A stretch of 64,000 nt of DNA from Gemmatimonadaceae bacterium (GTDB lineage: Bacteria > Gemmatimonadota > Gemmatimonadetes > Gemmatimonadales > Gemmatimonadaceae), in NCBI GenBank assembly GCA_033763905.1, contig JANRJP010000037.1, forward strand, positions 64,001 through 128,000, in the 5' to 3' direction. Under the pieces are notes generated by a model. That model was not told the origin of the DNA, searched no databases, and was given only the letters and a program-made list of their open reading frames with translations. Both the position numbers and the translations under genes were made by a program. This document shows, one piece after another, positions 41,086 to 51,520 of the stretch. Each line of letters starts with the position of its first letter. The stretch's first letter is position 1.

Positions 41086-42815
41086 GGGACGCGCCCAACG
41101 CCGCGGCGGACATCACCTCGCGCTTTCTGTCGCACTTCTGGCACACGTGGCCCGTCACGGCCACCTTCGCCGGCCGGAGCGACTGGGACGCGCAGCTCCC
41201 CGACTGGTCTCCGGATGGCCTGAGCGCCGCCGCCGCGCAGTGGGCCGCACTCGCCGCAGACGCCCGACACGCGCGAGGACCGCAGGCCGTGCCCGCGCTG
41301 CACACGCCGGCGCCGACGTCGCGCAGCGAGGCCGACCTGTTGTGTGTCGAGGCCGCCGCGATGTTGATGACCGAGGAGACCGCCACTCGCCACGGGCCCG
41401 GCGCCAATCCCGTCTACGCCACGGGTGAGATCGCGTTCGGCCTGTTGTCGGTGCTTGGACGCGATCCCGATGGCAGTCCCGCGCTCGCCGCCGACGCGGC
41501 CGCCGATGCCGCGGCGCGACTGCTTGGCGCTGGCGAGTTGCTCGAGGGTGTCCGCGAGAGCCTCGGCACGCGACCGGTTCCCACCACGTGGTTGGCGCGC
41601 GCGCGACGCGAGTGCGATGCGATCCACCGACTCCTCGATGAAGGAATTCCGGAATGGATCCGCGTCGCGCGGCCGGCCGACCCGTGGGGTGCCGCGCTGC
41701 GTAAAGCGAGCGCGGCGGCCAAGCCCGCCGTGCAGGCCTTTCGCCACTGGCTGGATACCGAGGTGCCGGTCGCGAGTAGCCGCACGACGATGGCGGGCGC
41801 CGACGCGATGGACCGTCGGTTACGGCTCGCGCATTGGGAGTCTCGCCCCTCCGACGTGCTGTTGAGCGAGGCGCGACGCCAGTTGGTGGATGCCGTGGCC
41901 GAATGGCGCGCGATGGCTGACGCGGCGTCGCCTGCGGGCTGGCCGGGCGTCCTCGACGCACTCCGGGCCGACGCACCGACGCGGGACCAGTATCTCCCGA
42001 CGCTGCAGCGACGCTGGAACGCCGATCGGCAATTCGCCGCCGATCACGCACTCGTGACGTGGCCGGACGACCTGCCGGTGCAGTTCGCCGAGACCGACCG
42101 CTGGGCTCGAGTGGCCAGTGCCGATCTGTACTACCTGAACTACCGCTGTCCGCCTCCCTATCGCCGACGGGCGACGCATCGGCACCAAGTGCCGTTCTTG
42201 CCAGCGGACGACGCCGCAGCAACTGCGGTGCTGCACACGATGCACCGCGCCACGATCTCGTTGAATCACGTCATTCATCACGCGGGGCTGGGGCATCACG
42301 TGCAGAATTGGCACGCGGCGCGCTGCCCGTCGCCGATCGGCCAGATGGCCGCCGTCGACGGCGCCACCAGGATTGCGCTTCCCCTTGGTGGTACCGTGGC
42401 CGAGGGTTGGGCCTGCTACGCGGTGGACCTGGTCGACGAGTACGGTGGACTCGATGCCCTCGAACGGGTCGTGCAACAGCACACGAGGGTGCGCCTGCTG
42501 TGCCGTGCGGTGGCGGACCTCGCGCTACATACCGGCGAATGGACCAAGGCCGATGTCACGGCGCATTTCACGCGAGAGGCGGCGATGTCCCCGGAGGCCG
42601 CCTTCGGCGAGACGGTGCGAACGGCATTGTTTCCCGGTGCCGCCGTGATGTACTGGCTCGGCACCAGCGGCTTCCACGCGCTGCGGGCGCGCTACGCGGC
42701 CCGCTTTCCGTCTCTGCGCGCGTTTCACGATGCGGTCCTCTCGTACGGCGCGATTCCCGTCCCGATGATTGCCCAGTTGATGGCCCACGAGTCCCCCACC
42801 CCCACGCGCCGATGA
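41082..42815 (+). CDS. DUF885 family protein (variant motif, no signal peptide)
   Basis: PVTATFAG, HHAGLGHHVQ, EGWACYA, DLALHTG, MYWLG, LRAFHDAVLSYGAIP. Confidence 0.78.
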   Translation: MRDAPNAAADITSRFLSHFWHTWPVTATFAGRSDWDAQLPDWSPDGLSAAAAQWAALAADARHARGPQAVPALHTPAPTSRSEADLLCVEAAAMLMTEETATRHGPGANPVYATGEIAFGLLSVLGRDPDGSPALAADAAADAAARLLGAGELLEGVRESLGTRPVPTTWLARARRECDAIHRLLDEGIPEWIRVARPADPWGAALRKASAAAKPAVQAFRHWLDTEVPVASSRTTMAGADAMDRRLRLAHWESRPSDVLLSEARRQLVDAVAEWRAMADAASPAGWPGVLDALRADAPTRDQYLPTLQRRWNADRQFAADHALVTWPDDLPVQFAETDRWARVASADLYYLNYRCPPPYRRRATHRHQVPFLPADDAAATAVLHTMHRATISLNHVIHHAGLGHHVQNWHAARCPSPIGQMAAVDGATRIALPLGGTVAEGWACYAVDLVDEYGGLDALERVVQQHTRVRLLCRAVADLALHTGEWTKADVTAHFTREAAMSPEAAFGETVRTALFPGAAVMYWLGTSGFHALRARYAARFPSLRAFHDAVLSYGAIPVPMIAQLMAHESPTPTRR

Positions 42816-44401
42816 TCTCCCGCCCCTTGCTCGTGGGTCTCGCGTTGCTGCTGGCCTGCGGCGGAACCGCAGAGCGGCGGTCAGGCGCCAGCCCGACGTT
42901 GCTCGTGATCGGGTACGACCGCGAGCCCGACACGATGAACCGGTTCTCGACGCACATCCTTGAGGACATTCAGAGCTGCATCGTCGAGCCGCTGGTGGTG
43001 GCCGATGATTCGATGCGCCTGGTGCCGGTGCTCGCCCGCGAGGTCCCGACGCTCGACAATGGCGGCGTCGTGCTTCGGCCGGACGGCGGGATGGACGTCA
43101 TCTGGCGGCTGCGCGACAGCATCCGTTGGCACGACGGAACACCGTTCACGTCAGCCGATCTGGCCTTCACGGTCGCCGCGATCAACAGCCCCGACTGGAA
43201 TCCCGAAAGCACCGACGGGTTCGATCGCATTGCGTCCGTCGACACGCCGGACGCGCTGACCGCTGTGCTCCACTACCGCACGAGGTACGCGCCCTACGCG
43301 CTGCAGTTCGTCCGCGGCGCGCTGCCCAAACATCTGCTGGAGGGACAGGACATCGAGCGGCACGCCTACGCGCGCAATCCGCTGGGCACGGGCCCCTACC
43401 GCCTGGCGGAGTGGAAAACCGGGGAGTACATCCTGCTCGAGCGCGTCCCCACGTACTGGCGCGGAACCCCCGCGATCGAGCGGCTGCAGTTCCGTTTCAT
43501 TCCGAACGCCAACACACGGGTCGCTCAGCTTGCCGCTGGGGAGGTGCATCTGGTGCCCTTCCTCCCGTGGGATCTGCACCGCGATGTCGCGCGGATCCCC
43601 GGCGTGACGGTGCACCGCACCCTTGGCAACGGGTATGAGCACGTCACACTGAATCAGCGGCGCGTCTCGGCCTTCCGCGAGGTGCAGGTGCGGCGGGCGC
43701 TCTGGCACGCGATCGACCGCGAGCTGCTGGTTCGCACCGTGCTCGACTCGCTGGCACCGGTCGTCAATGGCGCCATTCAGCCAATGTCGTGGGCGTGGAC
43801 CGATGCGGTGCGACAGTACCCCTTCGATCCCTCGCGGGCGCGGGCCCTCCTCGACAGCGCGGGCTGGCGCGACGCGAACGGCGACGGCATTCGTGAGCGC
43901 AACGGCGCACCACTCCGCTTCTCGCTGATGACCTCGGCGGGCTTCGTAACGCGCGAGCAGGTCGCGCAGGCGTTGCAACGGCAGTGGCGGGATGTCGGCG
44001 TCGACGCGCAGATCGAACTCGTCGACGGCACCGCGATCAGCAGCCGCTGGTTCGCGGGAGACTTCGATGCGTTCCTGCACTGGTGGCAAATGCCTGCCGA
44101 CCCGGAGATCACGCTGTTTTTTGCGCGCGATCGCACGCCGCCGGCGGGGCGCAACATCAACTATCTCGATGACGCTGCGCTGACCACCCTGCTCTACCGC
44201 AGCGACGTCGAAATCGACCAGACCAAGCGACGCGCCCTGCTCGTGAAAGCGCAGCAACGTCTCGCCGACCTGGCGCCGGAAATTCCCCTCTACAACACCA
44301 CCAAGCTCGACGTGATCCCGTCCACATTGCGCGGCTTCCGTGGCAATCCGACGAACTCGGGTCCGTTCTGGAACGTCCACACCTGGACGATCGCCCCCTG
44401 A
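42812..44401 (+). CDS. peptide ABC transporter substrate-binding lipoprotein (SBP family 5)
   Basis: LLLAC lipobox, WHDGTPFTSAD, GTGPYRL, VRRALWHAIDR. Confidence 0.92.
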   Translation: MISRPLLVGLALLLACGGTAERRSGASPTLLVIGYDREPDTMNRFSTHILEDIQSCIVEPLVVADDSMRLVPVLAREVPTLDNGGVVLRPDGGMDVIWRLRDSIRWHDGTPFTSADLAFTVAAINSPDWNPESTDGFDRIASVDTPDALTAVLHYRTRYAPYALQFVRGALPKHLLEGQDIERHAYARNPLGTGPYRLAEWKTGEYILLERVPTYWRGTPAIERLQFRFIPNANTRVAQLAAGEVHLVPFLPWDLHRDVARIPGVTVHRTLGNGYEHVTLNQRRVSAFREVQVRRALWHAIDRELLVRTVLDSLAPVVNGAIQPMSWAWTDAVRQYPFDPSRARALLDSAGWRDANGDGIRERNGAPLRFSLMTSAGFVTREQVAQALQRQWRDVGVDAQIELVDGTAISSRWFAGDFDAFLHWWQMPADPEITLFFARDRTPPAGRNINYLDDAALTTLLYRSDVEIDQTKRRALLVKAQQRLADLAPEIPLYNTTKLDVIPSTLRGFRGNPTNSGPFWNVHTWTIAP

Positions 44402-44412
44402 GCGACCGCTCG

Positions 44413-45357
44413 ATGTCGTCCCTGCTGACCCGACGCCTGCTGCAGGCCGTGCCGATGCTGCTCCTGGTGTCGGTCGTCGCGTTCGCACTGATGCACGCCG
44501 CCCCGGGCGGCCCGCTCGAGCTGTACCTCGCGAATCCGAACGTGCGGCCCGAGGACATCGCCCGCTTGCGCGCGTCACTGGGGCTGGATCTGCCCTTGCC
44601 GCAGCAGTACGTGGCGTGGCTACGCGGAGTCCTCAGCGGCAATTGGGGCTACTCGATCGCCGATGGACGGCCGGTGGCTGCCCGCATTCTCGAGCGCATC
44701 CCCGCCACGCTCGAACTGATCGGGCTCGGGCTCACCTTATCGTTGGGCGCAGCGGTCGCGCTTGGGGTCGTCGGCGGACGCGGCGCGCCGCGCTGGGCGG
44801 CGCGCGTGTCCGACCTGTGCTGCGCGGCGGGCATTTCCGTGCCGGTCTTTTGGCTTGGCGTCGCGGCGCAGTTGGTGTTTGCCGTGCACCTCGGCTGGCT
44901 GCCTGCGGCGGGGCGCAGCTCACTTGGCGACGGGTCCTGGCCCGACCGGCTGCTGCACCTGGTGTTGCCGGCCTGCGTGCTGGCCGTTGCCCACGCCGCG
45001 GCGTGGGGACGCTACTTGCGCGCGGGCGTGCGTGCCTCCCTCGGCCAACCGTTCGTGCGCGCAGCCCGCGCGCGCGGATTGTCGGCGGCGCGCGTGCTCT
45101 GGCGGCACGCGGTCCGCGCCTCGCTTGGGCCCGCGCTCACCGTCGCCATTCTTGATGCGGCGCTGCTGTTGTCGGGCGCGGTGGTGACCGAAAGCGTGTT
45201 CGCGTGGCCCGGGCTGGGTTCACTATTCACGGACGCGCTGGCGAGACGCGACTATCCCGTGCTGATGGCGCTGCTGATGCTGTCGTCGGCGCTGGTCATC
45301 ACGGCCAACCTGGTCGCGGACCTCGTGCACCGGAGGATCGATCCGCGCACGCGCTGA
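44413..45357 (+). CDS. peptide ABC transporter permease (OppB/DppB-like)
   Basis: APGGP, GLDLPLPQQY, ARARGL EAA-like loop, TESVFAWPGLG, RDYP, DPR. Confidence 0.92.
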   Translation: MSSLLTRRLLQAVPMLLLVSVVAFALMHAAPGGPLELYLANPNVRPEDIARLRASLGLDLPLPQQYVAWLRGVLSGNWGYSIADGRPVAARILERIPATLELIGLGLTLSLGAAVALGVVGGRGAPRWAARVSDLCCAAGISVPVFWLGVAAQLVFAVHLGWLPAAGRSSLGDGSWPDRLLHLVLPACVLAVAHAAAWGRYLRAGVRASLGQPFVRAARARGLSAARVLWRHAVRASLGPALTVAILDAALLLSGAVVTESVFAWPGLGSLFTDALARRDYPVLMALLMLSSALVITANLVADLVHRRIDPRTR

Positions 45358-46174
45358 CTCCGCGACGGGAGCGCGCCGCAGGACGCCCGCGCTTCCCGCG
45401 ACGGCGCTTGCCGTCCTCGGCATCGCCGCGCTCGCGGCACCGCTCCTCGCGCCCTATGCGCCGGATGCGATCGACCTCGCCGCTCGACGGATGCCGCCGT
45501 CCGCCGCGCATTGGTTCGGCACCGATGACCTCGGCCGCGACCTGCTGACGCGTGCGCTGTTCGGCGCGCGACTGTCGCTGCTGATCGGCGTGCTCGCGGC
45601 ACTGATCAGCACCGGCATCGGCGTCCCGCTTGGCGCGATCGCCGGGTGGGCCGGCGGATGGACGGACGACGCGTTGATGCGCCTCACCGACGCCTTGCTC
45701 GCGATCCCTCGACTGCCGCTGCTGATGATCGCGGCCGCCTTGCTCAAGCCTGATGTCGCTGGCCTCATCCTGCTGGTCGGTGTGGCCGGCTGGATGGAGA
45801 CCGCCCGCGTGGTTCGCGCCGAGGTCCAGAGCGTGTCCGCCCGCCCGTTCGTCGAAGCGGCGCGCGCTAGCGGGGCGACAGTCGGTCGTACGCTACGCCG
45901 GCACGTGCTCCCCAACGCGCTGCCCGCGATTGCGGTCGCGCTGACGTTGGCCGTGGCGCGCGCAATGCTGCTGGAAAGTGCACTCAGTTTCTTCGGTGTC
46001 GGGGTGCAGCCACCGGTGGCGAGCTGGGGCAGTATGCTGTACCAGGCGCAGGGGGCCCTCACCCGAGATCCCTGGCTCGCGGTGGTACCCGGGATGGCGA
46101 TCTTCTGTACGGTGCTGTGCGTCAACCTGATCGGCGACCGCTTGGGCGCCGACCATCGACTGGAGACATCGTGA
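45341..46174 (+). CDS. peptide ABC transporter permease (OppC/DppC-like); true start uncertain
   Basis: HWFGTDDLGRD, FVEAARASGA, HVLPN, ESALSFFG, ASWG. In-frame TM1 (ALAVLGIAALAAPLLAPY) lies upstream of the first ATG (45491). Confidence 0.85.
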   Translation: MRARADSATGARRRTPALPATALAVLGIAALAAPLLAPYAPDAIDLAARRMPPSAAHWFGTDDLGRDLLTRALFGARLSLLIGVLAALISTGIGVPLGAIAGWAGGWTDDALMRLTDALLAIPRLPLLMIAAALLKPDVAGLILLVGVAGWMETARVVRAEVQSVSARPFVEAARASGATVGRTLRRHVLPNALPAIAVALTLAVARAMLLESALSFFGVGVQPPVASWGSMLYQAQGALTRDPWLAVVPGMAIFCTVLCVNLIGDRLGADHRLETS

Positions 46175-47916
46175 TGCCCACTCGGGCTGTTCGTGCGACA
46201 CGACACCTGCTGGTGTGCGCGTTGTGGATCGCATGGTCGTCCACGCTGCGCGCCCAGCCGATCCCCCGCTTTTCACAGTTTGTCGATGCGTGGCTCGACC
46301 GCTTCGCGTACGCGCACCCGTCCATCGCGGCGGGCAACGGCCTGCATCAGGCGGATAGCACGCTCGAGGACTTTTCCGCCTGGGCGATCACGCGCGAAGT
46401 GGCGGCACTCCGGAAGGATCTCCGCCTCCTGGCGCGCTATCGCGACGCAGACCTGACGCCGGACGAGCGGGTGGATCGTCGCATCTTGACCGGGATCATC
46501 GACGGCTGGATCCTCGATCACGAGACGGTCCAGACGTGGCGGCGCAATCCGATGGTGTACGCGGCCGCCGTGAGCGACGGGATCCACGATCTGATGATCA
46601 AGGCCTCCGCACCGGCGCCCGCGCGTATGCGCGCCGCGCGGCGCAAGTTGTCGCGCGTTCCTGCCCTGCTTCGCGCCGCGCGTGCCAATCTGCGCAACCC
46701 GCCGGCCATCTTTGCTCGGCGAGGCGCCGATATGTTCGCCGGCGCCGCCGCAATGCTCCGCACCGATCTCGCGCTCGCGTTCCCGGCGCCCAGCGCCGAG
46801 CGCACGGCGTTGCTCGCGGTCGCCGATACGATGGCCCCACTCTTGGCCGCCTACGCCGACGAGCTCCGTGTGCTGGCCACCACCGCGACCGGCGACTGGC
46901 GGGTCGGGGCCGAGGCGGTGCGGCTGCGATACGTCAGTGAAGAACTGCTCGATGTGCCGCTCGACACCCTGTTGATGCTCGGGACGCGCGAACTGCGGAT
47001 CAACCAGCAGCGGTTCGCCGACGCGGCGCGTCGCATCGATTCGACGGCCGCCCCGTTGGCGGTGTGGGCGACACTCGTCCGGCAGCACCCGGCCACCGGA
47101 GGCCTGGTGGACGCGGCCGCGCGCTCCGTGGATTCCCTCGCAGCCTTCGTTCGCACGTCCGGCCTCGTCACCCTGCCGACCGGCACCGCGCCGCGCATCG
47201 AAGCGGCCAAACCGTTCGCCATCGGCTTCGCCTCGATGCACGCGGCACCGCCGCTCGAAGTGCATCCGGTGGAGTCGTACTACTACATCACCGACGCCAA
47301 TCCGGCGTGGGACGCGGCTCGACAAGCCGCGTGGCTGGAACGGTTCAACTACTACTCGCTGACGAACACCAGTGCGCACGAAGTGATGCCCGGCCACTGG
47401 GTGCACGCGATGTATATGCGGCAGACCCCGGGCAAGATCCGGCGCATCTGGATCGGCCTCAACCCGTTCCCGCAGCCGTCGAGTGGTCAGGACGGCTGGG
47501 CGCACTACGCCGAGCAGCTGGTTGTGGATGCCGGCTACGCGGGCGGCGATCCCCGGTACGTGATGGCGCAGGCCTCGGATGCCCTCACACGCATTGTGCG
47601 AATGATCGCTGGCATCCGGATGCACCGGGGCGAGTGGTCCATCGCCGACGCCCAGGCCGCCTTCGAGCGCGAGGCATATGTGCCGGCAGCGGCGGCGCTT
47701 CGGGAGGCTGAGCGCAGCACCTACGATCCAACCAACGGCGGGTACTTCCTGGGCAAGCTCGCGTTGCTCACCCTCCGGGACAACGTCCGAGCGCGCGATG
47801 GCGACCGCTTCGATCTCCGCGCATTTCACGAGCGGCTGTTACGGCACGGGATTGCGCCGTGGTGGGCGCACCGCGCGCTGCTGCTACCCGGCGACCGCCG
47901 CCCGGTGCTGCGCTAA
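46171..47916 (+). CDS. DUF885 family protein, secreted
   Basis: Signal-like N-terminus; WRRNP, HEVMPGH, DGWAHYAE, YFLGK, LRAFHERLL. Start GTG 46171 or ATG 46174. Confidence 0.85.
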   Translation: MMPTRAVRATRHLLVCALWIAWSSTLRAQPIPRFSQFVDAWLDRFAYAHPSIAAGNGLHQADSTLEDFSAWAITREVAALRKDLRLLARYRDADLTPDERVDRRILTGIIDGWILDHETVQTWRRNPMVYAAAVSDGIHDLMIKASAPAPARMRAARRKLSRVPALLRAARANLRNPPAIFARRGADMFAGAAAMLRTDLALAFPAPSAERTALLAVADTMAPLLAAYADELRVLATTATGDWRVGAEAVRLRYVSEELLDVPLDTLLMLGTRELRINQQRFADAARRIDSTAAPLAVWATLVRQHPATGGLVDAAARSVDSLAAFVRTSGLVTLPTGTAPRIEAAKPFAIGFASMHAAPPLEVHPVESYYYITDANPAWDAARQAAWLERFNYYSLTNTSAHEVMPGHWVHAMYMRQTPGKIRRIWIGLNPFPQPSSGQDGWAHYAEQLVVDAGYAGGDPRYVMAQASDALTRIVRMIAGIRMHRGEWSIADAQAAFEREAYVPAAAALREAERSTYDPTNGGYFLGKLALLTLRDNVRARDGDRFDLRAFHERLLRHGIAPWWAHRALLLPGDRRPVLR

Positions 47917-47928
47917 CGCTCGATCCGC

Positions 47929-48390
47929 TCAGTGCTTCGCGAAGGTTTGCACCTTACCGCCTCGGCTCCACGCGACCACGTCGTACGGGACGCGCGGGTC
48001 GCCGGCGCGATACATCCCCGGCGATGACTGCGGCATCCCGGGCGCGCTGAGTCCGAGGATCGGCGGCTTTGTCGCCAACATCTTCCGGATATCTTCGGCT
48101 GGGACGTGGCCTTCGATCACGTAGTTGCTTACCACGGCCGTGTGACACGACCAGACGGACGAGGGCACCCCCATCGTCATCTTGAGCTCCGACATCTGCT
48201 CGTCCGTCTGGTCCACTACCTTCGCCGCAAAACCCAGCGGCTTGAGGTAGGCGATCCAGTCCTTGCAACACCCGCAGGTGGGGGACTTGTAGATCGTGAT
48301 CGGCGTCGGCGCAGCGCCGAGCGCGGGCAAGCGGCGCGTCATCAGCGCGACGGCCGCGAGTGCGATGAACGAACGACGGGAGGTGGTCAT
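47929..48390 (-). CDS. DUF411 metal-binding protein (CopG-like) with Tat signal
   Basis: SRRSFI; YKSPTCGCCKDW, SCHTA, EGHVP, PGMP.SPGM. Confidence 0.88.
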   Translation of the reverse strand: MTTSRRSFIALAAVALMTRRLPALGAAPTPITIYKSPTCGCCKDWIAYLKPLGFAAKVVDQTDEQMSELKMTMGVPSSVWSCHTAVVSNYVIEGHVPAEDIRKMLATKPPILGLSAPGMPQSSPGMYRAGDPRVPYDVVAWSRGGKVQTFAKH

Positions 48391-51300
48391 TACCGGAGCG
48401 CCTCGGCGCGACGAGCCAACACCGTGAGTTCCTTCGAGAGCGTCGCGAACCGTTCGCCGGCGTCTCGACCAGGCCGCTGGTCGGCCTGTACCAACATACC
48501 GTACAAGTACTGCAGCTGTGCCGTCAACATCGGCTGCTGGTACCGCCCGGGGGCGGTCTCGAGGGCCGCGAGCAGCACCGTGGCCGCCGCGACGCCGGCG
48601 GTGTCGTTCGCCGCGCGTCGGGCGTCCCGCGTGGCACGCAAGGTACCGGTCAGTTGGCGCGCGGCGCTCACCGCGTCGCGCACTCGCAGAGCCAGGGTCT
48701 CCTGCTCCCGCAGGTCCGACGTGCGAATGCCAACGGCCGTCGCGCGCGGATCCACGCGCACATCCAGACGTGTGCGAAGCACGGTACCGTCCACCTTAAG
48801 CTCGATCGCGTACCGCCCAGGTCCGACCATCGGGCCACCACGTTCCGACGGCGCGCCGCTTTCGTCCGTTGCACCGTAGTGGGTCAGATCCCAGCGGACG
48901 CGGTGAATGCCGGCGGCCAACGGCAGCGTCGGGGCCCCCGGACGTGCCGGCGGTGGCGGACGGTGCATCGCCGACTGCGCATCGCGTGCGCCGGAATCGG
49001 GCACGCCAGCCGTGAACTGTCGCACGAGCCGACCCGCCGAGTCGCGAATGGTCAGCGCCAACGACCGCGCGGCCGACGGCAGGCGATAGGTCAGCGTGGC
49101 ACCAACGGGAGGCATCTCGGGGTACGCCGGTTCCAGCGGGTACCGATCGTACCGCCAGCGAATCGCCTCGCGCGGTGCGAACAACGTCGGCGCATCCGCA
49201 AGCGTGGCAGCGGATACTTCACGGAGCGGCGTGATGTCGTCGAGAATCCAGTGCCCGCGCCCTTGGGTGGAGATCACGAGATCGTGGCGATGCACCACGA
49301 GGTCGGTGATCGGTACCACCGGGAGATTCAACTGGAACGGGCGCCACGTGGCGCCGTCGTTGAACGACACGAAGAATCCGAATTCCGTGCCTGCATACAA
49401 CAGGCCGGGTCGTTGCGGATCCTCACGAATCACACGCGTCGGATGGTCGGCGGGAATGCCGTTCGTGATGCGGCGCCACGTCCGCCCGTAGTCGTTGGTG
49501 GCGTAGAGATACGGGGTGTAATCCCCGAGGAGGTGGCGCAGGACCGCGACATACGCCGCGCCGTTCCGGTGCGGCGACAGGGCGATCGTCTGCACGCGTC
49601 CGCCCGGCGGAAGATCGGGGGGCGTCACGCGCGTCCACGAACGGCCGTCGTCGCGAGTGACCGAAATCGGCCCGTCGTTCGCGCCTGCCCAGATCACGCC
49701 GCGCTCCCGCGGCGACTCCGCGACGGCGTAGAGAGCCGAGTAGAACTCTTCGCCGGTGACGTCACGGGTGATCGGCGTCCCCGAGACCCCCTGCGTCTTC
49801 GGATCGAAGGCGGTCAGGTCGGGCGAAATGCGCTCCCACGTGCGCCCCTCATCGCGCGTGCGGTGCACGTACTGCGAGGCGTAGTACACCGTCTGGGGCT
49901 CGTGCGGCGAGACCACTAGCGGGCTCACCCGTTGGAACCGATACACGAGATCCTTCGGATCGTGTCCGTACAGCGACTGCGCGCCGATCCAGTAGGCTTG
50001 TTCCTGCCCGGTGCGTCGATCGAAACGAGAGAACTGCCCTTTGCACGCGGTGAAGATGACGTCGGGATTCTTCGGGCTCGGAACGACCGGCCCGGTCTCG
50101 CAGCCGCCGACTGGTGCCCATTGCATCAGCGGATCGTCAGGCGCAGCGGCCGTCAGCGGCAACGACGGGATGACGTGCGTTGCCGACTGGTCCTGCTGCG
50201 CCCCGTAGATGCGATATGGCCACTGGTCGTCCACGGCCACTTGATAGATCTCAGCCGTCGGCTGGTTGTACTGCGTGGTCCACGTGTCGCCACCATTGAA
50301 CGAGACGGCCGCGCCGCCGTCGTTCGACCCGATCATCAGGCGCGAGTTGCGCGGATGAATCCACAGATCGTGGTTGTCGCCGTGCGGCGTCGGTCGCACG
50401 CGGAAGGTCTTGCCGCCGTCGGTGCTGCGAAAGAACGACTCGTTCGAGACATAGACGACGTCGGCGCTCTGCGGGTCGGCATCGACGTTGGTGTAGTAGA
50501 ACGGACGATTGAGCAGCCCATTCTGCGTGCTGACCAGCGACCACGTGAGACCGGCGTCATCGCTCCGCCAGAGCCCCTGCCCCGGCTGCGCCTCGAGCAG
50601 CAAGTACACCCGATTCGGCTGCGCCGAGGACACGGCGAGGTCTCCTTTGCCCCAGAGTCCTGTGGGGAGTCCGCCGCCCAGCTTCGCCCACGTCGCGCCA
50701 CCATCGATGCTCTTGTACACACCGCCTTCAGTCGCGCCCGAGATGATCGTCCACGGCTTGCGCTCGCCGCGCCACATCACGGCGTAGATGGTATTGGGAT
50801 CGTCGGGCTTGAGCTCCAGATCGACCGCCCCGGTGGAGTCACTCACGAAGAGCGACTTCGTCCACGTTGCCCCGCCGTCGGTGGTGCGAAAGACACCACG
50901 GGTCGGTGTCGGCTTGAAGGGATCGCCAATCGCGGCGACCCACGCGACGTCCGGACGCGTCGGATGCACGACCAGCGCGCCGATCTGTCCCGCGTCGCGC
51001 AGTCCGGCGAAGGTCCACGACGCGCCGCCATCGCGACTCCGGTACACGCCGCACCCGATCGAAACGTTGGACCGGATGCCGTCGCTGCCCGTCCCGGCCC
51101 AGATGACCGTCGGATCGCTATCCGACACATCGAGCGCGCCCATCGACGCGCAGGCGAACGCCCCGTCGCTGACGTTCTTCCACGTGAGGCCAGCATCGGT
51201 GGTCTTCCACACCCCACCACCGGTCGAACCGAAGAAGAACGTCGTGGGGTCCTGCACCACGCCGGTTACTGTGGTCACGCGACCGCCGCGGACGGGGCCC

Positions 51301-51494
51301 ACGTGACGCCAGCGCAACGCGCCGCGCATCGCCGAGTCGGCCGACCAAGTGGCGGGGACCGTCGCAGGCGCTCGGGGCGCGGAGGCCGCAGGCCGACTCG
51401 CGCCGCGCGACCCCGACTGCGCCGGTACGGTCGTCGCGCCCAGCACGAGGCCCACCACACCACACACGCCGACCACGACGGCTCGGGCCCGCAT
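48390..51494 (-). CDS. secreted VPS10/sortilin-like BNR-repeat beta-propeller protein (glycosyl hydrolase-like)
   Basis: WRHVGPVRGGR; many S/T-x-D-G-G-x-T-W Asp-boxes; HGDNH; YGAQQD. Start ATG 51494 (GTG 51518 possible). Confidence 0.88.
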   Translation of the reverse strand: MRARAVVVGVCGVVGLVLGATTVPAQSGSRGASRPAASAPRAPATVPATWSADSAMRGALRWRHVGPVRGGRVTTVTGVVQDPTTFFFGSTGGGVWKTTDAGLTWKNVSDGAFACASMGALDVSDSDPTVIWAGTGSDGIRSNVSIGCGVYRSRDGGASWTFAGLRDAGQIGALVVHPTRPDVAWVAAIGDPFKPTPTRGVFRTTDGGATWTKSLFVSDSTGAVDLELKPDDPNTIYAVMWRGERKPWTIISGATEGGVYKSIDGGATWAKLGGGLPTGLWGKGDLAVSSAQPNRVYLLLEAQPGQGLWRSDDAGLTWSLVSTQNGLLNRPFYYTNVDADPQSADVVYVSNESFFRSTDGGKTFRVRPTPHGDNHDLWIHPRNSRLMIGSNDGGAAVSFNGGDTWTTQYNQPTAEIYQVAVDDQWPYRIYGAQQDQSATHVIPSLPLTAAAPDDPLMQWAPVGGCETGPVVPSPKNPDVIFTACKGQFSRFDRRTGQEQAYWIGAQSLYGHDPKDLVYRFQRVSPLVVSPHEPQTVYYASQYVHRTRDEGRTWERISPDLTAFDPKTQGVSGTPITRDVTGEEFYSALYAVAESPRERGVIWAGANDGPISVTRDDGRSWTRVTPPDLPPGGRVQTIALSPHRNGAAYVAVLRHLLGDYTPYLYATNDYGRTWRRITNGIPADHPTRVIREDPQRPGLLYAGTEFGFFVSFNDGATWRPFQLNLPVVPITDLVVHRHDLVISTQGRGHWILDDITPLREVSAATLADAPTLFAPREAIRWRYDRYPLEPAYPEMPPVGATLTYRLPSAARSLALTIRDSAGRLVRQFTAGVPDSGARDAQSAMHRPPPPARPGAPTLPLAAGIHRVRWDLTHYGATDESGAPSERGGPMVGPGRYAIELKVDGTVLRTRLDVRVDPRATAVGIRTSDLREQETLALRVRDAVSAARQLTGTLRATRDARRAANDTAGVAAATVLLAALETAPGRYQQPMLTAQLQYLYGMLVQADQRPGRDAGERFATLSKELTVLARRAEALR

Positions 51495-51520
51495 CAATGC
51501 ACGCGTTGGCAACTCCACTG

